Source: Magallana gigas
Taxonomy: Eukaryota
Length of the DNA: 64,000 nucleotides
Assembly (NCBI RefSeq): GCF_963853765.1
Contig: NC_088858.1
Coordinates: forward strand, 51,522,001-51,586,000
Direction: 5' to 3'
The translations under genes were made by a program, and so were the position numbers. Under the pieces are notes generated by a model. The model was given only the letters and a program-made list of their open reading frames with translations. It did no database searches and was not told where the DNA came from. Below are positions 53,007 to 64,000 of this stretch, piece by piece (position 1 is the stretch's first letter; each line of letters begins with the position of its first letter).

Positions 53007-54219
53007 GGCACGGGAGTTAGCAGCACTAGAAGCAATGCAAACATTAGAAGATCACTCATCTTCTCTTCATCCTTATAAAGAAACGATCATTATATACATT
53101 CATCTATGAACGAGTACAATGCTCGCGCATCAGTGACCTTAAGTTCTCAATTGTACTGTAACAATTTAACAAGGCTGCATTTACATGAATGCTTTTAAAT
53201 CCGTAATATTAAAACGGAGAAATATTTGCATAATAAGGTTTGAATGTGTAAAAGATGCCCGTATTAAAAGCACACACACACATAGAAATATAGATATATA
53301 TTATATATAAAAGACGCCAAAGTTTGATGGTCACGCCAAAGAGTCGATAAGCCAAAATATGCTGTAATGAATGTGTAATGAATGTATTAATAAGTCAATG
53401 ATTTATTTAACAAATCTAGGAAATCAAACCAGGCGGTGCTGCTTATTAAATACTTACCATATTTGTTTCTTCTTCTTTATTCTTGATTCAATTTTAAAAC
53501 TTGAGATAGGGTATGATTATAAAGCAAAGAGAGCCGAGTGTTTCTTAGAAGCCCTAGCTGTAGATGGATGGATGAAAAAAAGGATCTGTTATCCTTATAT
53601 CTGGTTACAATGCATGAAATATTGCTCTTATTGTAAAGCTTTTCCAATTTTTAGGTAACCTTAGCTACATACGAGACCTATTGCTTGCTATTGGTCTTTG
53701 TCCGTCATGGTACATCGTCCTTTGTACGACGTATGTCGTGCGACGTAAATCGTGCTTTAAAAATTTTACATTTTTAAACTTTTTCTTGAAAACTACACTG
53801 TACAAGGCCCTATTTCATCATTTTGTATTTGAAGCATCTCTAGGGCAAGAAGAATATAAATTATGAAATTGATGACCTGAGATGTAACATCCCTGTGGCC
53901 TCATGGGCTGTTTCATGTGTGTTTCATATCCCTGACCAAGAACGTATATAATGGCTTTGCAGCGACGATACAAATATATATTTCATACTTAGAACATCAG
54001 TATTCAAGTCTTGAAAAAGAATGAGTCTATTCTTTTGTGTTGTTAATATTAATACACAACACATGTACAAACGTCTAGATGATACGTAGAATCAACATAG
54101 GTCGGTGCCATGTTGAGTCAGGGTTCAGTATCTGCTAAATATCCAGAACAACGGACGATTAGTTTATTGTTAAGTTTCTATTGCACACCAAAGTCTGAAA
54201 AATATCACAGTTGATTTAC

Positions 54220-54650
54220 AAGGTTTATCGACTGGTAACTATAGTTTCCAAACAGCAAACTACAGCTAACAATTCCAGTTTTCACCTATAAAACATACTT
54301 CATGGCTGTAAACTATAGAATGGTATTCAAATGTAAATAAAAGTTAACAATAAATTTTGCTGACAAAGACAATTTCACATCTGTAAACTATAATTCGATA
54401 ACTATAATAAAGTGTTGTTAATCACAGTTTTACAAACCGTGAAACTATATCAGAAAAAACTATGTTTTGCAATCGCAAATGGTTGTTTTTAGTGTTAGCT
54501 ATAGTTTCCACCTCTAGAAAATATAGAAGATCGCCATAACTATATGCTTTACAGAAAACGGCGCTAAATATTGTTTAATTTTCTGTCCACAAAGAACAGT
54601 TCACAACTTATAAACTTAGTTTATTGACAGTGAATTGATGTTAGCTCATA
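54220..54650. mobile_element. Decayed AAACTATAG-family element (paralogous copy at ~63440-63880)
   Basis: Shares motifs such as TTTCACATCTGTAAACTATA and TTAGCTCAT with the element at 37589-38730. Confidence 0.55.
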
Positions 54651-57145
54651 TGTTTCCGTATATTGACTCAATCATTGCCTTGTATGGACACACTGCAAAA
54701 CAGAATTATTTTGGTGATAAACATCAATGCTATTCTGCGACACAGATTTATTTATATGGAAAAAAGTATTGAAATGATATTGCACTGTTGAAAGGCCTGA
54801 TCTGTTCTAAGTAAAGCCCAAAGTGCATCAAACGTAGTTTCGAATTCGCAATGACCTTATTTTGATATAGATATTACACTATACGATAGGAATTGCATCC
54901 AAATGTCATCTCATCTCGTCTTAGAAATTATATATTGAGTCTTTCGACGTTCTAACACACGAACGTGTAGACATTAAATGTTGGATTAAAAACTTCTGTT
55001 CGTAATCTTATCAGGGAAACATATTTTGTGGCTCTGATTAAAGCAAAATAACATTATTGTCGTCCTGTACAAAAGTTGATTTGCTATATATTCCACTGTA
55101 GAGGAATCTTTATTATGGCAAAATTGAAAGATTTCTATTCATCCTATTATAAACACAGTTATCACATTAGCATGTTTACGCAGCAAAACAAAACAAAAAT
55201 ATACAGCTCATATTGCTTTAATTTTTTTTTACAAATACAGAAAGAGTATTCGGTTTGGTTGCTTGTTTACAGTAATTTATACACCGAACGATATTCTCAC
55301 TTATACAAATTATTTATAAATACATGCAAGACTTTAAATTTCTCGGTCTGTTTATCCTTTGACGTAGAATAAAAGGTGAAAAGCAAACAGCACCAGGCAT
55401 TTAAATTCATGTTGAACCCATTTTCAATATAGGTTGTGAAATGAACGTAGTGATCATGGACTCCATTTAAGTTAGGATAGTTCACGGGTAAGTAAGTAGA
55501 ATCACCATCAGGCTCTTACCTTTTTGTATAAATATTAAAAAGTTACAAAAGTCATAAGATGTGAGATACACTCTTGTCATACAGCCTCGAATACAATCAG
55601 TAATTTGTTATTTATAGTGAGAAGGGTACGATCAATGTTAATGATTTTCTATTGATACATAGCCCTATTTATATATAGAACATTCTTGCGCGGATCCAGA
55701 AAAGTTTTCCCGGTGGACGCCAAGAAATAATTTTTTTCTCCGGGGGAAGAAGAGGTCTCCTAGGGCTTTTTGCAAACTTTAATGCTCGTAGAATGAAATT
55801 CATATTATTTTATAAGTTTCATTAAAAAAGAACTTGTATTTATTATCCCAATTCTCAATTTTTGGACACGATTTTATAAGAATACCAGTGGCTGATCCGG
55901 GAGGGGGGGGGGGTTAAAAAAAGAAAAAAGAAGAGGGAGGTAGGAAAAGAAGGAAAGAGTGTGAATCTATCTAATATCAATATCTAATAACAATCATATT
56001 TATGAGATCATTGGCCATTAATTAACGTATCCTACAAACACTAGAATTAATCCTTGAAAGAACAGTAGGATATTTCTTTACACCCTTAGCTTGTGATGTC
56101 AATATTCAAGAAGTCGAATTTTTTTTATAGATATTTTATTATAATTTTAATTATAATTTGTTGTTTTAAATATATATTATCCTATCCTTATTTTTTAAAA
56201 AGAATTATAGCCAATTTTCAGAAAAGAATACTGTCAGTATCCTACGTATTAGGATCATCTCCGAATCCTCTTTCTCAAAAATCCTTGAAATGGGACTTGA
56301 ATTCCCCCAAATTATGTATAGTTTTGTGTTTCGTACATGCATATACATGGTCTGTATTTAAAAAAATCAAAAAACAAAACAAAACAATAGTCTTTACGTG
56401 ATATTAGATGCAAGATTTATTGTTATTTTATTATTTCTAAATATATATCAAACAATATACAAGCACAGTTTTGTTTAATTCATTCTAAACACTCCCAAAA
56501 ATTTAGAAAAATTTTAAAAGCTTTTAAAGGCTTTACCCCCTAGACTCCTGAGCATATTTTGGGTCTCTAAGCGGCCCTCAATCCCCCCCCCCCCAAAAAA
56601 AAAACCCCGCAAGCCTAAATGCACTTCCATTGTCGCAAACCGCTCTGGATAATGGCTTGAGACAAAGATACATTTACTTCATGCGACAAATTTTCTCCTC
56701 AAACCCCCTCCCCTTAAAAAAAAATCCGGGTTTGCGCCTGTATTTTTAGATTAGGTTTTAATAATAATCCAAGTCATGAAATTCAAAATATTTACACAGT
56801 GTATGATAACATCTTTGTAAATGTGCCCTGTATGAAAAAATATGATAATACCCCGGTATATTTACATTGTTTTGTACTGTAGTTGATATCTACCATATGG
56901 AATTTAGTTCAGGATAAGTTCAGAGTAAGACACTGTTGCTCACATTAGCTCTCTTACCCACGGGCCTCTAGTTTATCCGTCGTGTAACAAATGGTCAAAG
57001 CGTCGACTGATGGCCAGAATGTCGAAGTCGGGCTGAGGTTTTACATTTCTTACCATAATTAAAGAGGCTGGGTTGTAAAAAAAACCCATCAGATCTTCTT
57101 TGATTGTTTAGATATAACCGTTAAAAGCTATTATTTGCTCAAGAA

Positions 57146-57151
<6 letters not shown>

Positions 57152-57222
<71 letters not shown>
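57152..57222. repeat. (TA)n microsatellite, left flank of the Penelope-like element
   Basis: About 35 TA units. Confidence 0.95.
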
Positions 57223-57228
<6 letters not shown>

Positions 57229-57348
57229 AGCACTAGCAAACCAACAACACTCGTTATCTAAAGTGTCGGATCAAAAGATACAAGGTTATAAGATGAGATA
57301 TAAAAAAGCACTAAAAATAACCAACGACACGAACAATAAAGTAAAATA

Positions 57349-57389
57349 TTGTCAAATTTTCGGGACAACCCGTCCCTTCTTCAGGACAA
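57349..57389 (-). ncRNA. Minimal type-I hammerhead ribozyme in the inverted pLTR
   Basis: Reverse complement of the motif at 61113-61153. Confidence 0.8.
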
Positions 57390-57854
57390 CAAAATAATAT
57401 AATATAAAAACTACATAAGAAAGAAGAAAAACATCTACAAAACTAGCACTAAACTAAACTAAATGATATATAAAAACTAGATAATGTTAAAACACCGGAT
57501 CAAAACGTGGCAGCTACATCTATCCGACACTTTAGATAACGAGTGTTGTTGGTTTGCTAGTGCTTCTTATATCTTTTTCACCAACGGTATCTTTTGATCC
57601 ACTCGTTTATCTCTGGACATTTACATTTGTTTATTTATTATTGTTTCATTTGTTTCACTTGTTCCCTGCCATGTTTCTTTACTACAAACGTACTTGAATC
57701 CTTCGTGTTCATTCAAATTTCGTTACTCTTCCATACATTTCATAACGTTCCTACAACAATTCGGCCTGACGTTATTTTCGTAACTTTTATTCAATTTGAT
57801 CGTGACCCCATCTATTCATTCCGGCTTTTCGTTTCTCTTTATTACGCATTAATA

Positions 57855-60629
57855 ATGTCAATTCAAAGTAGCCAAACATTTAAACTCCTTAAAAATCAGC
57901 ATAAAAAATCTATAAAATCTCAACACAGGATCTCCAATATTGAAGCATATTTACAATGTGACACGATACCAAAAGGTTTCAAAATCAATTCTGAACCAAA
58001 TGTTGGACCGGTTTCCAAAAATTTCATGACACGTTGGGAAAGCATTCTCAAGAGATGCTCAAAAGAACTTATGTCACTCTGCCTTTCTTGGGACCATCAC
58101 AAGTTACAACAATACGAGAACAACATCACAGCTCTGAATTTATCTCTTACCAAAACTAACTCTGACGCGGACTTGAGGGAAGCCAACAATATCATTCGTA
58201 CTTACAATGAGGCCCTCACCAAAAACTTACTAAAAACACAGGAAAAGAAATTCGTCCGTGATAATATCAGTTTAAAATTTAACAGCAGGACAAACAACAT
58301 TAATAACGTGTCTCACAAGAAAACCAAAGCACCCCGTTGTAGACGCTTTGTACGGAAAACAGTTCCAACAACAGACGGGGATAATTCTAACGCTAAGGTT
58401 TGTCCTGTACTTAACGTTTCTAGTGTATCTCTTACCGAATCCGAAACATCACTGCTTTCCAAAGGCCTCAACTTTTGCCCTACACCCCGGGAAGTAAACG
58501 AAAGAGCTGTAAGAGAGGACACTAGGGCTTTTTTCCGTAGACTTAGACTGAAAGAACATTTCTCTAGAAAAGACTCCAGTTCTGATGTAGGTGACAAGTC
58601 CCAAACTTCTTTACAAGACCTTGAAAACCATAAACTATATAGACCTAAGAGCAACTGGGAACCAGCCCCTGGTAAATGCGGAGCCTTAGAATCATATATA
58701 GAAGCTGTCGAGTCAGACATCGAGAAACTCCTTTCCAAACAACACAGACACCCGGATAATCTAAATAAAGAAGAAAGATCAGCATTACAAACCCTAAAGA
58801 ACCGGGAAGATATCGTCATTAAAAAAGCAGATAAAGGGTCAACAATTGTTGTGATGGACCAAGACAAATATCTTGCAGAAGCATACAGACAATTGTCAGA
58901 TGAACGTTTTTACCAAAAGCTTGACACTGATCCTACAGATGACTTCTCAAATACTATTACCAAAACATTAGATACTATGTTTGAAAATAATGAAATTGGT
59001 TACAATATTTATTCTACCCTTCTTCCTATCAACTGTAAGCCCGGCCAATTTTATGTTCTTCCAAAAATTCACAAACCTGGAATGCCAGGACGTCCCATAG
59101 TAAGTGCCATTGGACATCCCACTGAAAAAATTTCAGAATTCATCGACCTTCATCTCCGTCCACATGTTGAAAATTTACCGTCATATCTTAAAGATACAAC
59201 GGATTATCTTAACAAAACGCCATCTTCAAATCTTCCAGATAATACTATTCTCGTGACGATGGATGTCACATCCCTTTACACCAACATTCCGCATGACGAA
59301 GGTATTGCAGCCTGTAAAGAGGTATGGGACGCTAGAGAGGTTCAGATCCCTTCAACTGAATCTCTCACCAAGCTCCTAGAGCATGTTCTAAAATTCAATA
59401 ATTTTATGTTCAATGGAGAACACTACCTTCAAGTCAGTGGCACTGCTATGGGCACCAAAATGGCACCATCTTATGCCAATATATTCATGGGTAATCTAGA
59501 GCGTAACCTACTAACACAGTCACCCTTCAAACCTCTTAGTTGGTTGCGCTTCATAGACGACATCGAAATGAAGTGGGTTGACAACAGAAACAACCTCGAT
59601 GATTTTATTACCTTTGTCAATTCTTTCCATCATTCTATCAAATTTACGACTAAAATTTCCTCATTCAACAACACGTTTCTTGACACTACTTCAACTTTAG
59701 TCGATGGTAAACTCGATTTCAATCTTCATACTAAACCTACAGATTCCCACCTCTATTTAATGACGTCTAGCTGCCACCCACCTCATACGTTTAGAGGCAT
59801 ACCAAAAGGCCTAGCCACCAGAGTCGGACGTATTTGTTCAACTCAAGAACTATACTCTGAGCAAAGTCAACTCCTAAAATCCCACTTATGTGCCAGGGGC
59901 TACAGCTCGCACTCTGTACAAAATGCAATTGATGATTTAGCTAAAGAGGATCGTTTATCCCTTCTGAAATATAAACCCAAAAACGAAGACAACAAGGTCC
60001 CATTTGTCACTACTTACCACCCTGTCCTTAGGGGCCTAAATGCAGTCTTAAAGAAGAACCTACCAATCCTTTACAGCAATGATAAAATGGTTGAGGTTTT
60101 CAAAAACCCCCCGATGGCAGCTTTCAAGCGCCCTAGAAACCTTAAGGACATGGTGGTAAGAACCAAACTAAAGAACCCTCTGCCTAATGGTGGCTTTAGA
60201 ACTTGTTCTGACACCAGATGTCTGTTGTGCAAACACAGCTCTGATGCAGACGACTTCTCTAGCCCCATTACTGGCCGTACTTACAAAATTTTCGCAAATA
60301 CTTCTTGTCGTACGGACAATTGTGTATATCTCATCAATTGTAAATTTTGTCAGAAACAATACGTAGGGGAAACAGGAGACCTCCGCAGGCGCATCAATAA
60401 TCATCGTTCCACCATCAAAACTAAGAAAATTAAAGAACCCGTCGGGGAACATTTTAATTTAGATGATCACAAATGGGAGGACATGATGGTTTTGGTCATT
60501 GATCACAACCCTAACTGGACAGATGCGGAGAGAAAAAACAAAGAAAAATTTTGGATGCATAGACTGAAGTCATTCCGCCCTGACGGCATTAACAAATTAA
60601 GTGACTTCACCAAAATGAACATCAACTAA
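57855..60629 (+). CDS. PLE polyprotein (924 aa from the first plausible Met): reverse transcriptase + C-terminal GIY-YIG endonuclease
   Basis: RT motifs [28 protein letters not shown] and WLRFIDDI. Cys/His linker [17 protein letters not shown] motif CVYLINC...QYVGET...RINNH...EKFW...DGIN. No internal stops. Confidence 0.96.
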   Translation: MSIQSSQTFKLLKNQHKKSIKSQHRISNIEAYLQCDTIPKGFKINSEPNVGPVSKNFMTRWESILKRCSKELMSLCLSWDHHKLQQYENNITALNLSLTKTNSDADLREANNIIRTYNEALTKNLLKTQEKKFVRDNISLKFNSRTNNINNVSHKKTKAPRCRRFVRKTVPTTDGDNSNAKVCPVLNVSSVSLTESETSLLSKGLNFCPTPREVNERAVREDTRAFFRRLRLKEHFSRKDSSSDVGDKSQTSLQDLENHKLYRPKSNWEPAPGKCGALESYIEAVESDIEKLLSKQHRHPDNLNKEERSALQTLKNREDIVIKKADKGSTIVVMDQDKYLAEAYRQLSDERFYQKLDTDPTDDFSNTITKTLDTMFENNEIGYNIYSTLLPINCKPGQFYVLPKIHKPGMPGRPIVSAIGHPTEKISEFIDLHLRPHVENLPSYLKDTTDYLNKTPSSNLPDNTILVTMDVTSLYTNIPHDEGIAACKEVWDAREVQIPSTESLTKLLEHVLKFNNFMFNGEHYLQVSGTAMGTKMAPSYANIFMGNLERNLLTQSPFKPLSWLRFIDDIEMKWVDNRNNLDDFITFVNSFHHSIKFTTKISSFNNTFLDTTSTLVDGKLDFNLHTKPTDSHLYLMTSSCHPPHTFRGIPKGLATRVGRICSTQELYSEQSQLLKSHLCARGYSSHSVQNAIDDLAKEDRLSLLKYKPKNEDNKVPFVTTYHPVLRGLNAVLKKNLPILYSNDKMVEVFKNPPMAAFKRPRNLKDMVVRTKLKNPLPNGGFRTCSDTRCLLCKHSSDADDFSSPITGRTYKIFANTSCRTDNCVYLINCKFCQKQYVGETGDLRRRINNHRSTIKTKKIKEPVGEHFNLDDHKWEDMMVLVIDHNPNWTDAERKNKEKFWMHRLKSFRPDGINKLSDFTKMNIN

Positions 60630-61112
60630 GTACTGATTTGTTTTCGTAGCAATATCACCATCTTCATCTTTTTCGGTCCATGTACAAACTATTAATCATG
60701 TTATTTATTCAAATTATTAGCTATTTCCTTAATCGGTTTTGTTCTTTTGCTTTATTTCACTTCCATTAGTTTTTACATTCATGATTATTTATGTGGTCTT
60801 TTACAGGGCCAATCTTCCCTACAAACTTTCACTACGAATTATCTTACTAGTACAACTTAATTAACAGCAACCCCCAATTAGCAAGTTAATTCGTTCGCGT
60901 TATCTTTCAGCACTTCTTCACAGACCGTCCGCTGCGTCGGACGGGATTTTTCTTTCTCGGGCTCGAATTCTTAAATATAAAGATGTAGCTGCCACGTTTT
61001 GATCCGGTGTTTTAACATTATCTAGTTTTTATATATCATTTAGTTTAGTTTAGTGCTAGTTTTGTAGATGTTTTTCTTCTTTCTTATGTAGTTTTTATAT
61101 TATATTATTTTT

Positions 61113-61153
61113 TTGTCCTGAAGAAGGGACGGGTTGTCCCGAAAATTTGACAA
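61113..61153 (+). ncRNA. Minimal type-I hammerhead ribozyme in the 3' pLTR
   Basis: UUGUC CUGAAGAA GGGAC-GGGUU-GUCCC GAAA AUUU GACAA: stem I UUGUC/GACAA, stem II GGGAC/GUCCC, palindromic stem III AAUU. Confidence 0.82.
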
Positions 61154-61193
61154 TATTTTACTTTATTGTTCGTGTCGTTGGTTATTTTTAGTG

Positions 61194-61197
<4 letters not shown>

Positions 61198-61270
<73 letters not shown>
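61198..61270. repeat. (TA)n microsatellite, right flank of the Penelope-like element
   Basis: About 36 TA units. Confidence 0.95.
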
Positions 61271-61274
<4 letters not shown>

Positions 61275-61778
61275 CGTAACTTTCAAACTTGAATATTATT
61301 CTATACTATAGTATCTTTATACAAAACTCTTTACATGTAGTATAAAAATGGCCACGGCCGTTTCACCCTCATATCTGTTTAAACTTTTAAAAAATATTTG
61401 CGTCAATCACCTTAGTTCTAACGGGTTTTTTTTTACTTCACATTTGAAAACTTTTTAAACGGTTATTGTACTTTGAATATTTCATCCATTGAAATATCCT
61501 ATTATATCCATTGTCCAGTTACTAAGTTCTTCTTTCCCCTCTTTCTTTGAGTTGGTATATGCTTTATCTCCTATCCTAAATTTCGGTATATGTTAGACTT
61601 TTTGATAAAATGGGTCCCAAGATTCCACAAAAGGTATACCTTAAATATTTCAAAACATTCTCTTGTTTTCTTTAATTTCAGGTCTGAGTAGCTCAATTTG
61701 TCACATTTGTTTAGCTACGAGATGGCTATCAGAACACCAACCGATATATCGGACGTCACTGTCCCCTCATAAGACAAC

Positions 61779-62627
61779 ATGGACTCCGCTAGCACACTCA
61801 TTAGTTTGTTATTCTCGGGTTTGTTGTTATTTATTTGTATTGTCTGCTTTAAAGCTGGGAGAAACATCTGTGAATACATGAAGTCCCTCCTTCTTGACGC
61901 TGTTAGATGTACGTGCCTTGATCATGTCTCTTGCGACTGCAGTGTTTGTTTGAAAAGGATCCATCAAGGCAGCGAAGCACTAGCAAGTAGAGTACGTGAA
62001 TACTGGGAAGGGGACAGGAGGAATAGCAGGAACAATGCACACACTGAAGCGCCACCTACAGTTACGTCTTCTCCTGATCGTCTGCTATTGGACGATTATC
62101 CAGTACATTCATCCCTGAACGAGGACTATTCTCACCCATCCCCGACACATATACCCCCGCCGTCCTATGGCAGCGTTGTCAATGAATCCTCTCATCCACC
62201 TCCTAGTTATGAGGAGTTCCAACGCATGGACGGCAGCAGCACTACAAACAATACACACATTAGAGCACTATCTCCCGACTCTGTTACATTATTACACACT
62301 GACTATGAATCTGAAGATGCCATTAGTTATCAACATGCATACTCTACTCAAGAAATTCCCGTGCCTTTTGACAGTATTGTAAATAACTCCTCGCAGCCAC
62401 CTCCTAGTAATGAGGATTTTCAACTCATGGATGATAGCAGCACTACAAGCAATGATGCAACCAGAGCACCATCGTCCTTCTCTGATCCATTGCCGCCAAC
62501 TGACCATTCGTTCCCGAATATCGATAGTTCTCACCGTGCAAATTCTAGCCAGGATCCTCCACCTCCCTCCTATGACAGTGTGGTCACTGACCCCGCATTT
62601 CCGCCCCCTAGTTATGAGGAAGTGTAA
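61779..62627 (+). CDS. Single-pass Cys-rich/PPxY protein, copy 2 (282 aa)
   Basis: N-terminal TM (LISLLFSGLLLFICIVCF), Cys-rich juxtamembrane region, and four PPxY motifs (PPPSYGS, PPSYEEF, PPPSYDSV, PPPSYEEV). Highly similar to copy 1. Confidence 0.8.
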   Translation: MDSASTLISLLFSGLLLFICIVCFKAGRNICEYMKSLLLDAVRCTCLDHVSCDCSVCLKRIHQGSEALASRVREYWEGDRRNSRNNAHTEAPPTVTSSPDRLLLDDYPVHSSLNEDYSHPSPTHIPPPSYGSVVNESSHPPPSYEEFQRMDGSSTTNNTHIRALSPDSVTLLHTDYESEDAISYQHAYSTQEIPVPFDSIVNNSSQPPPSNEDFQLMDDSSTTSNDATRAPSSFSDPLPPTDHSFPNIDSSHRANSSQDPPPPSYDSVVTDPAFPPPSYEEV

Positions 62628-64000
62628 GGCATGGGAGGTAGCAGCACTATAAAGGATGCAGACATTAGAAGATCACCCATCTCCTCTCCATCATCACCAG
62701 TAAACGATCATTTTATTTATTTATCTGTGAGCAAGTACTAGTACAATGCTCGCTCATCAGTGACCTTAAGTTCTCCATTGTTTTATCAAATGAATGAACT
62801 ACTGTAACAATTAAACGGCTGCATTTACATGAATATACTTGAATGCTTTTAAATTAATAAGTCAATGATTAACAAATCTAGGCAATTAAACCAGGCGGTG
62901 CTGCTTATTTTAATATTTTAAAAATACTTACCATAATTGTTTATTCTTCTTAATTCTTGATTCAATTTTAAAACTTGAGATAGGGTATGATAATAAACCC
63001 AAGAGAGCTGAGTGTATCCTAGAAGCCCTAGCTGTAGATGGATGGAAGAAAAAAAGGATATGCTATCCTTATATTTGGTTACAATGCATGAAATATTGCT
63101 CTTATTGTAAAGCTTTTCCAATTTTTAGGTAACCCTAGCTCCCTGACCAAGAGCGTATATAATGGCTTTGCAGCGACGATACAAATATATTTCATACTAA
63201 CAAACATCAGTATGAATATAAATGTAAGCCTTGAAAAAGAATGAGTCTTGTCTTTTGTGTTGTTAATATTAAAACACAACACATGTACAAACGTCTAGAC
63301 GATACGTAGAATGAACATAGGTCGGTGCCATGTTGAGTCACTGGGTTCAGTATATGCTAAATATCCAGAACAACGGGCGATTAGTTTATTGTAAAGTTTC
63401 AATAGCACACCAAAGTCTGACAAAAAATCACACTTGATTTACAAGGTTTATCGACTGTTAACTATAGTTTACAAACAGCAAACTACAGTTAACAATTCCT
63501 TAATTACAGTTTTCACATATAAAAACATAATTCATGGCTGTAAACTATAGAAAGGTATTCAAGTGTAGATAAAAGTTAACAATAAATTTTGCTGACAAAG
63601 ACATTTTCACATCTGTAAACTATAATACGATGACTATAATAAAGTGTTGTTAATCACAGTTTTACAAACCGTGAAACTATATCAGACTATATTAGAAAAA
63701 ACTATGTTTTGCAATCGCAAATGGTTGTTTTTAGTGTTAGTTATAATTTCCACCTCTAGAATATAGAAGATCGCCATAACTATGCTTAACATTAAACGGC
63801 GCTAAGTATTGTTTAATTTTCTGTCCACAAAGAACAGTTCACAACTTATAAACCTTATTGACAGTGAATTGATGTTTAGCTCATATGTTTCCGTATATTG
63901 ACTCAATCATTGCCTTGTATGGACACACTGCAAAACAGAATTATTTTGGTGATAAACATCAATGCTATTCTACGACACAGATTTATTTATATGGAAAAAA

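Larger units (their letters stand above)
57223..61197 (+). mobile_element. Penelope-like retroelement (PLE) with inverted 5' pseudo-LTR
   Basis: Intact RT+GIY-YIG ORF; 57300-57521 is the reverse complement of 60981-61200; 57223-57271 is the reverse complement of 57522-57570; flanked by (TA)n on both sides. Confidence 0.95.
48832..64000 (+). repeat. Tandem gene-array units (unit 1 ~48832-54670, unit 2 ~54671-63905, unit 3 starting at 63906)
   Basis: Anchor ATCATTGCCTTGTATGGA...GACACAGATTTATTTATATGGAA at 48832, 54671 and 63906. Shared UTR exon donor TCACGG|gtaagt (~50774, ~55488), shared acceptor cag|GTCTGAGTA (~52003, ~61682), and paralogous coding and 3' regions. Confidence 0.9.

Noticed and set aside
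57149-57397. 82-aa ORF MYIYIYI...
   Set aside because: Translation of (TA)n and the inverted pLTR.
58313-60452. Antisense ORFs inside the PLE (184, 65 and 94 aa)
   Set aside because: Shadow ORFs of the sense coding frame with no recognisable motifs.
57855-60629. Selenoprotein-type PLE
   Set aside because: The ORF has no in-frame UGA, ends in TAA, and I saw no SECIS in its 3' region.

Overview
AT-rich, intron-containing animal genomic DNA, most likely an oyster (Crassostrea/Magallana); this is inferred from a 166-bp HindIII/Cg170-type satellite sitting inside a Helentron-like element. Genes on the minus strand are CLPX (runs off the left edge), DDX49, GNB5 and a selenocysteine iodothyronine deiodinase (in-frame UGA plus a 3'UTR SECIS). 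Genes on the plus strand are an uncharacterised multipass membrane protein with a long acidic, motif-rich tail, DOLK, and a tandem array of single-pass PPxY-rich adaptor-like genes (two copies in the window, a third unit starting at the right edge). The second array copy carries an intact Penelope-like retroelement (RT + GIY-YIG) in its intron, with an inverted 5' pseudo-LTR, two minimal hammerhead ribozymes and (TA)n flanks. The most unusual local pattern is that two GNB5 introns begin with minisatellites made of amplified exon-end/5' splice-donor units. There are also many MITEs, including a three-level nest. All exon boundaries were read by eye and may be off by a few bases; no database searches were run.
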